Shown here: positions 9,153 through 15,263 of the stretch, piece after piece
Layout of the letters: each line of letters opens with the position of its first letter
Numbering within the stretch: the stretch's first letter is position 1
NCBI GenBank assembly: GCA_018985225.1
Contig: JADGIF010000197.1
Coordinates: forward strand, 1 to 15,263
From: Amoeboradix gromovi X-113
Taxonomy: Eukaryota; Fungi; Sanchytriomycota
Direction of reading: 5' to 3'
DNA: 15,263 nt
Notes under the pieces: generated by a model
The model's input: only the letters and a program-made list of their open reading frames with translations
Told to the model about the DNA's origin: nothing
Database searches by the model: none
Made by a program: the position numbers and the translations under genes

Positions 9153-10446
9153 ATGAATACGATAGCTCTACTCGATGAAATTGGAAAAGTACTAATCAAA
9201 AGGGATTACAGAGAGCCTTTGTCAGTTAATTTTCACCCATCCAACCCAGTTCATTTTGACCCTTTATTAAAAAAAACCACTTTCTACATAAAGTGGAATA
9301 ATATTTATTTAACTGCTGTAACAGATTCTAATTGTAATACAACCACGTTGCTGGTGTTCCTATCTAAACTAAAAGAAACGCTAGTCAGTTACTTTACCGA
9401 GTTAAATGAAGAAAGTATTCGTGATAACTTCATAATTATTTATGAGTTGTTGGATGAAATGATGGACTACGGTTATCCTCAGGTGACTCAAGATTCGGTC
9501 CTCAAATCTTACATCACTCAGGATGCATATCAACTGCAAATGATGTCTGGTTCTGCTCAATCAGTACCTACAACTGTAACCAATTCAATCTCATGGCGTA
9601 ATCCTGACATTAAATATCGAAAGAACGAAGTTTTTTTAGATGTTATTGAATCAGTCAATTGTTTAATAGCTGCGAATGGCAATGTTATTAAGAGTGATGT
9701 GAGCGGCAGTATTAAAATGCGTTGTTTTCTGAGTGGGATGCCTGAATTAAGATTAGGATTAAATGACAAGGTTTTGCTTGAGCAAAGAGGCACAGGAAAG
9801 AAGGCAATTGATTTAGAAGATGTTAAATTTCATCAATGTGTTAGATTAACCAAGTTCTCTTCAGATCGAACTATTTCATTTATTCCCCCAGATGGTGAAT
9901 TTGAGTTGATGTCCTATCGCGTCAATACTCAGGTCAAACCTCTTATTAGCTGTGAGTCTGTAATTGAGTATTATTCGAGCTCAAGAGTAGAGTATTTAAT
10001 AAAAGCCAAATCTCAATTTAAAAAGCGTAGTTCTGCCAATAACGTTGAGATTATTGTACCTGTACCTGTAGATGCAGATACCCCCAAATTCAAGGTACTT
10101 TTTACTAACCTAGTGCTCTACGGGAAGTGTAAATTATGCCCCAGATAAAAATGCATTTATTTGGAAAATTAAACAATTTCAAGGCGGAAAAGATTTCTTA
10201 ATGCGAGCTCACTTTGGATTGCCGAGTGTAAACCAACAAGACAATTTTTACAAGCAGCCAATCCAAGTTAAGTATGAAATTCCTTATTTTACAATAAGTG
10301 GGATTCAGGTACGATATTTAAAGATTGTTGAGAAATCAGGATACCAGGCACTGCCATGGGTAAGGTATATTACGCAAGATGGCGAATACTTTATGAGAAT
10401 GCCAGATCCTGTACTTGGTGCCAGTAGAATGATGCAACCAATTTAA
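9153..10446 (+). CDS. APM1: AP-1 clathrin adaptor complex mu subunit; join(9153..10094, 10114..10446), 424 aa
   Basis: EESIRDNFIIIYELLDEMMDYGYPQ, SWR..IKYRKNEVFLDVIE, LSGMPELRLGLNDK, LEDVKFHQCVRL, ISFIPPDGEFELMSYR, IPYFTISGIQVRYLKIVEKSGYQALPWVRYIT. The spliced junction reads DADTPKFK|CSTGSVNYAPDKNAFIWKIKQFQGGKDFLMRAHFGLPSV. Confidence 0.96.
10095..10113 (+). other. 19-nt spliceosomal-type intron GTACTTTTTACTAACCTAG (phase 0)
   Basis: AAG|GT donor, canonical TACTAAC branch site and TAG acceptor. Removal restores the conserved mu1 sequence in frame. Confidence 0.92.
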
Positions 10447-10535
10447 ATAAGTAAATTGATATTTAACCTAAAGATTTTAAAACATGATTGCCAATTCAAA
10501 GTCCTGTTCTAATTGTTGGTTTGTGATAAAAAGAT

Positions 10536-11615
10536 ATGGTCATCAGTATCATGTCTTTTGCACGTCTTAAATCGCCAAATATTTATCAGGTTGCTTCTGA
10601 ATCAATTATAAACATGAATAAACATGCGAACACAGGATGGATTAGTGCTTTTATTTTGGCAATAGGATATCTGACCTTGGTTACCAACAGTTTGGAAAAC
10701 ATGTTTGAAAATAAACTCGATATCGCACCACATCAAAAAGTTCACTCACAAATTGCATTTGGAATATTAATACACGACAACGAGACATACAACGGGATGC
10801 TCGAATTTGTGGACAAGCTTTATCACCCGAACCATTGTTATGTTGTGCATGCAGATTGGAAGTATAATGGTGAATTGAAAGAGAAATATACAAACGTTCA
10901 CATCTATCGCAAGTATAATATATCCTGGGGCAGCTTTAATCTGACAAAATCAATGTTATATCTCACGAATATGGCGTACTCAGTTTGCAAATTTGATGTT
11001 TTTCAATTTGTCGATGGTACCACATACCCTCTGCATTCATTGGAGAAAACCCAAGAGTTTTATGATGGTTTAAATGGAAACGTAGTTTTTAGTGCTAATA
11101 GATACCTTAAAAGTGGATTATCTTGCGTCTATGGCCAGCATGGCAAAGATCCTTGCAAAAGAACAAAATCAAAATGTTTAACAAGAGATTGTTTGGAGTA
11201 CTCTAATACACCTAGAAATAGACCCATTTACAAGGGAATGCAATGGGTTACTCTACAATACGAATTTATTCATTATATGATGAATAACGCAGAATGGTTG
11301 ACTGAATGGATACAGTTTTTTGGACAATACAGATTGAACGATGAAATGTTCTTTCAAACTATAGTTAAAGACGCAAACGCTACTGAAGGTACAGTGGACA
11401 GTGATGTCGTACAAACCTTATGGGGCGGGTGTAAATCGTATTGGACTTTGAGAAGTAGCAGACATTGGAGCCCATGCATAGTAGGGCAGAAAGAATACAA
11501 AAGAATAAACTGGAACTCGTTGTTTATCAGGAAACTAAAATTAAACGAACCAGTAAAAGAAAGAATTGATGGACACAAAATGAAGAACAAAAAAGTTGCC
11601 CTAATAAATAGTTAG
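10536..11615 (+). CDS. GT14 / Core-2/I-branching beta-1,6-GlcNAc-transferase or xylosyltransferase-like type II membrane glycosyltransferase
   Basis: N-terminal hydrophobic segment (WISAFILAIGYLTLV) and motifs IAFGILIH, LYHPNHCYVVHAD, ISWG, DGTTYPL, KGMQWVTL, DEMFFQT, LFIRK typical of the Branch family. The start Met is uncertain because there are several in frame. Confidence 0.8.
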   Translation: MVISIMSFARLKSPNIYQVASESIINMNKHANTGWISAFILAIGYLTLVTNSLENMFENKLDIAPHQKVHSQIAFGILIHDNETYNGMLEFVDKLYHPNHCYVVHADWKYNGELKEKYTNVHIYRKYNISWGSFNLTKSMLYLTNMAYSVCKFDVFQFVDGTTYPLHSLEKTQEFYDGLNGNVVFSANRYLKSGLSCVYGQHGKDPCKRTKSKCLTRDCLEYSNTPRNRPIYKGMQWVTLQYEFIHYMMNNAEWLTEWIQFFGQYRLNDEMFFQTIVKDANATEGTVDSDVVQTLWGGCKSYWTLRSSRHWSPCIVGQKEYKRINWNSLFIRKLKLNEPVKERIDGHKMKNKKVALINS

Positions 11616-11898
11616 ACCTAAAAAAGCGGTAAATCATCACTTAAGATCGAATTTGCAAAAATGGACCAAATCGTGACCCAAATGCGATAGAGCTAACCGA
11701 ATCCTTCATTCAATTATGCAAAAGCAAACTGCCATACTTACATAGCAATAGCTCTTGCCTCTTTTGCGCTTTCTATGCCTTTAAAAATAGCATAATATTG
11801 GTATGATATTGGTATAATCATTACGAAAAAATTAGAAAATTGCTGGCCCTGTTGATGGCCCAAAGAATCAGCTCAATGGCTATCCGGTTTATTGAACA

Positions 11899-12377
11899 TT
11901 TGGGACACCAAATATAAAAACTGGACTAACTTTCTGTAACAACTTGGACATTATTTCAGCTTTATTAATTTTATGGATTTAAGAGGCGAGTGGACATTCA
12001 GTTAGTTGCGGAGTTGACGAGTATAAAAAGAAAATAAAAAACTTTTCGTATCGCAATTTCAAAAATAAATATTCTGTAGAGCTATTCTCTTACTCTTTCA
12101 TCCAATCTTTATTTCAAATAAAATATCACTATTACTCTGTAAAAACGACTCTAGAAAAGAGTACCGTCTAAGAAAATGCACCTTTTGCTTAGATGCTCAA
12201 AGACCTCATACATTTGAAAGAGATGTAGGGCCTTCTAGTTTTATTTTGAAAAGAGGAATACAATCGATGAAAGAAAATTGGTATAATAGAAGAAGATCTT
12301 TTATTAATGATAGCATTCCTACGTATGGAGCACCTTTAAAAACGAGTTAGTCTAGTTTTTATATTTGGTGTCCCAAA
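11899..12377. mobile_element. 479-bp MITE with 33-bp terminal inverted repeats (1 mismatch)
   Basis: Left end tttgggacaccaaatataaaaactggactaact (11899-11931) and right end agttagtctagtttttatatttggtgtcccaaa (12345-12377). The interior is AT-rich and non-coding, and there is a second copy at 1-130. Confidence 0.9.
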
Positions 12378-12396
12378 GTCTGTCTCAAAACAAAGG

Positions 12397-12927
12397 ATGT
12401 CTATTGCAATTTCAAATACAGAGTTAATAAAATCACATATCAAAGCAATTCAAGACTTTCCTATTGAAGGGATACTATTCAGAGATATTCTACCAATATT
12501 TCAAGATCATTTAGCTACAGAAGCGTTGCTTTATGAATTAACGAAACGTTGCAAACAGTTGTCGCCAGACTATGTATTTGCGTTAGATTCTCGTGGATTC
12601 CTGTTTGCACCTGCTGTATCAAGTCGTTTAGGAATACCTTTCGTGCCAATTAGAAAAAGAGGTAAATTGCCGGGAGAACTGGTAACTGCAAACTATACTA
12701 AAGAGTATGGCACCGACAGCTTTGAAACCTACAAAATGAAGTTGAATGGCAAAAGGGTAGTTATTCTGGATGATCTTTTAGCTACTGGTGGAAGTGTACT
12801 CTGTGCTAAAAAGTTGGTAGAACAGAACGAAGGTGAGGTTGTTGGGTACGTTTTTGCGATAGAGCTAACTGAGTTAAATGCTAGCCAAAAATTAGGTGGA
12901 CCTACTTTAAGTGTAATACAATATTAG
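12397..12927 (+). CDS. APT1: Adenine phosphoribosyltransferase
   Basis: DFPIEGILFRDI, LDSRGFLFA, IRKRGKLPG, YTKEYG, and the PRPP-binding motif VVILDDLLATGGS. Confidence 0.96.
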   Translation: MSIAISNTELIKSHIKAIQDFPIEGILFRDILPIFQDHLATEALLYELTKRCKQLSPDYVFALDSRGFLFAPAVSSRLGIPFVPIRKRGKLPGELVTANYTKEYGTDSFETYKMKLNGKRVVILDDLLATGGSVLCAKKLVEQNEGEVVGYVFAIELTELNASQKLGGPTLSVIQY

Positions 12928-12947
12928 TAAACTCAAAAGGGTGTTTA

Positions 12948-13523
12948 TTAAATGAAATCATCGAATTCTCTTGAATTTGAAATCTTTTCTACAGTAACCT
13001 GAGCCTTCTTTTTCTTCTTTTTGTTTCCCTTTTCTTGTCTCTGCTTCTCATTAGCCATCGTGTCTAAAGTCGAGGTTATTTCTCTAATTTCCATATAATT
13101 AACATCTTTTAGTAGTTCCTTCATCAAAAGCTGGTAAAATTCCACTTTAACTTTATCCTTTACTTGAATTAATTTTGATAGTTCATCAACTGCCCTCTGA
13201 ATATCTGTAGACTTAGAAACCTCAATTTTCGATAGTGCATCATAGGTTTGAGGAATGTAGGCATCCTTAGTTGGTGATACACCAAACAGATCAAGCGTGT
13301 TCTGCGCATCATTTTTAATTTCTATTTCCTTTAGCTTGAGTTTTTTCGCCTTTGCGTCCAATTTTTCGAATTCCTCATTTTCCTTTTTCAATTTGTCCTT
13401 TTCTGCCTTTATCTTTTCCAGCTTCTTTTTCTCTTCCAGCTTCTTTTCTTCTTCTATTTCCCTCTTTTGCGTCATTTCTTCTTCATCTGTTAGTGCAGCC
13501 TCCCAATCCGACAAATCCGACAT
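12948..13523 (-). CDS. HCR1: Translation initiation factor eIF3 subunit J
   Basis: Acidic N-terminus with DWE, charged helical region, D..NTLDLFG, I..TL..MANEKQRQEK..KKKKK, and C-terminal FDDFI typical of eIF3j. Confidence 0.82.
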   Translation of the reverse strand: MSDLSDWEAALTDEEEMTQKREIEEEKKLEEKKKLEKIKAEKDKLKKENEEFEKLDAKAKKLKLKEIEIKNDAQNTLDLFGVSPTKDAYIPQTYDALSKIEVSKSTDIQRAVDELSKLIQVKDKVKVEFYQLLMKELLKDVNYMEIREITSTLDTMANEKQRQEKGNKKKKKKAQVTVEKISNSREFDDFI

Positions 13524-14152
13524 CTCCTTGTGCAGAAATTAAAAATACATTTTAAAAATAATTGGACAAAACAGCCTCTTCCTCTTTTCAACCTAGCGTT
13601 ACAGCTCAGTGACCGCTAATCGTTCAAGTAGTTAGCTCTTTCATCGGGCAAAATAAGAGACATCAAGTATAATAACAAAAGTAGGTCGAAAAATTCAATA
13701 GTTTCATGGCGTGTTGGAATTTTTCACACTTGAGATATCAGAGATAAAACCATAGCAAGAACTTGAAACAAAATATCTCTTAAGAGTAAAAAATTAAATT
13801 TATTTAACAATTTATATGCATAAATGGAATGTAACTGAGTTGAATAAGAATTCTTCCTTTGCGCCCACAAGATAGCGAACATGGTTTGGCACGCTATTTT
13901 TCCAAACTAGTGAACTAATTTCAGTCGCCATTTATATGCTGTTTTATGTTCGCACCCAATTTCGGTATTCCGCACACAAGATAGACCTTTGTAGTATTTC
14001 TTGGTGTCTACAATGATTTTGTAGCGAATGCAATGATACGATAAGACTTATGCACTAAGGCTGGGAGACCTGTGATATAGTTTGGTATTTTATAAATAAA
14101 AATCTCTTTCTGTAATAATCCGCTTTTACCCCCAGTCTACTTTTCATAGAGC

Positions 14153-14809
14153 ATGTTACAAGTGCCCATGAAAACAGATTGTCCTCATCAGTTTAGTCCT
14201 TCTGAACTAATCCCATACTTGTGTCGGTCCTTTTACGAAAAAGGATGGTGTAGTGGAACCGGCGGTGGGATTGGGATTCTAGCCGGTAGTAAAGTTTTTA
14301 TTGCTCCTTCTTCTGTTCAAAAAGAATTAATAGAGCCAAATGATATATATGAACTGGAGTATCCCAGCTTAAAAGTTCTTTATGAGCCTCAAGGTTGTAA
14401 GCCTTCTCAGTGTCTTCCTCTTTTTAATGCTGCTTTCCGCAATGGCGCAAATGTTTGTATCCACTCCCATTCCATAAATGTCAATTTAGCTTCTCAGCTA
14501 TTTAGCAAAGAATTTAGAATTACAGGTCAAGAAATGATCAAAGGTATTATCGATTGGGAAACCAAGAAGACTCTTAATCTAAATGATGTCTTAGTGATTC
14601 CTATTATTGAGAACACCCCATTTGAGTGTGAGTTGGAAAGTCATTTAAAGAAATCCATGGTGGAATATCCTAAAACATGTGCAGTTATTGTCAAGTGTCA
14701 TGGTATTTATGTTTGGGCAGAAACCTGGGAAAAGGCAAAGGGAATGGCTGAATGTATAGATTATTTATGTGATCTATCTGTACGAATGCATTGGTTGAAT
14801 TTGAAATAA
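14153..14809 (+). CDS. MDE1: Methylthioribulose-1-phosphate dehydratase (MtnB/APIP, class II aldolase fold)
   Basis: LIPYLCRSFY..GWCSGTGGGI, IAPSSVQKE, KPSQCLPLF, CIHSHS, QEMIKGI, PIIENTPFE, HGIYVWAETWEKAK..ECIDYL. Confidence 0.95.
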   Translation: MLQVPMKTDCPHQFSPSELIPYLCRSFYEKGWCSGTGGGIGILAGSKVFIAPSSVQKELIEPNDIYELEYPSLKVLYEPQGCKPSQCLPLFNAAFRNGANVCIHSHSINVNLASQLFSKEFRITGQEMIKGIIDWETKKTLNLNDVLVIPIIENTPFECELESHLKKSMVEYPKTCAVIVKCHGIYVWAETWEKAKGMAECIDYLCDLSVRMHWLNLK

Positions 14810-15070
14810 ATAAATTTTTTTGTCAGGAATAGGAATTTCAGAACTTTTCAAGGGCTCTTGATTTTTTAAAAGGATCTGTTATTTGTAGAGAGATGCTGAT
14901 CCTTTTATATTTGATAAGTAGCTAATTATTAATTGACAACGTTAAGTCTTGTATTATATATCAAGTGGCAATATTTGTAATCAAATCGAGGCATATCTAG
15001 TTTCTTTGTGAAAGTAGCTCTAGTTCTTGTATTTATTTTCTCATGAGTCTTCGAATTGTTTTTAAGAGTT

Positions 15071-15263
15071 CTCCTCGTTAAAAGTCCTAATTTCCGAGAA
15101 AATCGAGAATTTCCACAGAGAAACTAGCAGTGCTAGATGCTCCGTTACAGTGATTGCTCACACTTTCACTACCCTGAGGCCGGATTGAATAAGGATGCAG
15201 ATACTTGATGTATATGTTCCTTGCTGCCATATGGTCTCTATCTATCTTCAAATGACAACTGGT
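15071..15263 (-). mobile_element. 3' end of TnpB/Fanzor2-like element, copy C (continues beyond the window)
   Basis: The minus strand reads TSCHLKIDRDHMAARNIYIKYLHPYS... and ends ...ggacttttaacgaggag at 15071, the same terminus as copies A and B. Confidence 0.88.

Noticed and set aside
10095-10200. Apparent split or pseudogenised AP-1 mu (331 aa + 81 aa ORFs), or programmed frameshift
   Set aside because: Fully explained by a GT-TACTAAC-AG micro-intron that restores the conserved sequence.
11683-11697. 15-mer tgcgatagagctaac also present in APRT (12855-12869)
   Set aside because: It is a single short match that does not extend, so it is plausibly chance.
2072-13555. Short antisense ORFs (2072-2254, 4236-4433, 4522-4764, 5024-5251, 8371-8574, 9557-9793, 10681-10893, 11354-11590, 13297-13542, 13352-13555)
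   Set aside because: They are shadows on the opposite strand of real genes or elements and have no recognisable motifs.
13590-13640. tRNA-like A-box (agctcagt) and B-box (gttcaagt)
   Set aside because: The boxes are only about 12 nt apart, with no anticodon arm or acceptor stem.
13861-13985. Short repeats (cacaagatag twice; gcgaacat/atgttcgc inverted) in the divergent eIF3j-MDE1 intergenic region
   Set aside because: They could be promoter motifs but are too short to distinguish from chance.
194-15263. CRISPR array interpretation of the recurring GGAG-ending repeat
   Set aside because: The copies are dispersed, in both orientations, at least 100 bp long and attached to TnpB-like coding remnants. 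There is no repeat-spacer periodicity and the context is eukaryotic.

Overview
AT-rich DNA from a compact, intron-poor eukaryote. The genes look fungal/opisthokont, use the standard code, and the taxon cannot be assigned from the window alone. There are seven intact genes: Utp22/Nrap, PP2A scaffold A subunit, AP-1 mu adaptin, a GT14 (Core-2/I-branching) glycosyltransferase, APRT, eIF3j and methylthioribulose-1-P dehydratase. Two stand-out signals. (1) The PP2A-A and AP-1 mu genes are each split by a 19-nt spliceosomal-type intron with identical geometry (GTA-N5-TACTAA-YN-TAG). (2) There are four copies of a short, apparently non-autonomous TnpB/Fanzor2-like element family (about 194-292, 796-1399, 8247-8855, 15071-end). 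They share a structured 3' end terminating at ...GGAG followed by unrelated flanks, as expected for an omegaRNA scaffold plus locus-specific guide. A heavily decayed, possibly IS607-type (serine recombinase + TnpB) relic may lie at about 6420-7760. A 479-bp TIR MITE without an evident TSD occurs twice, once 19 bp upstream of the APRT start codon. All alignments were done by eye.
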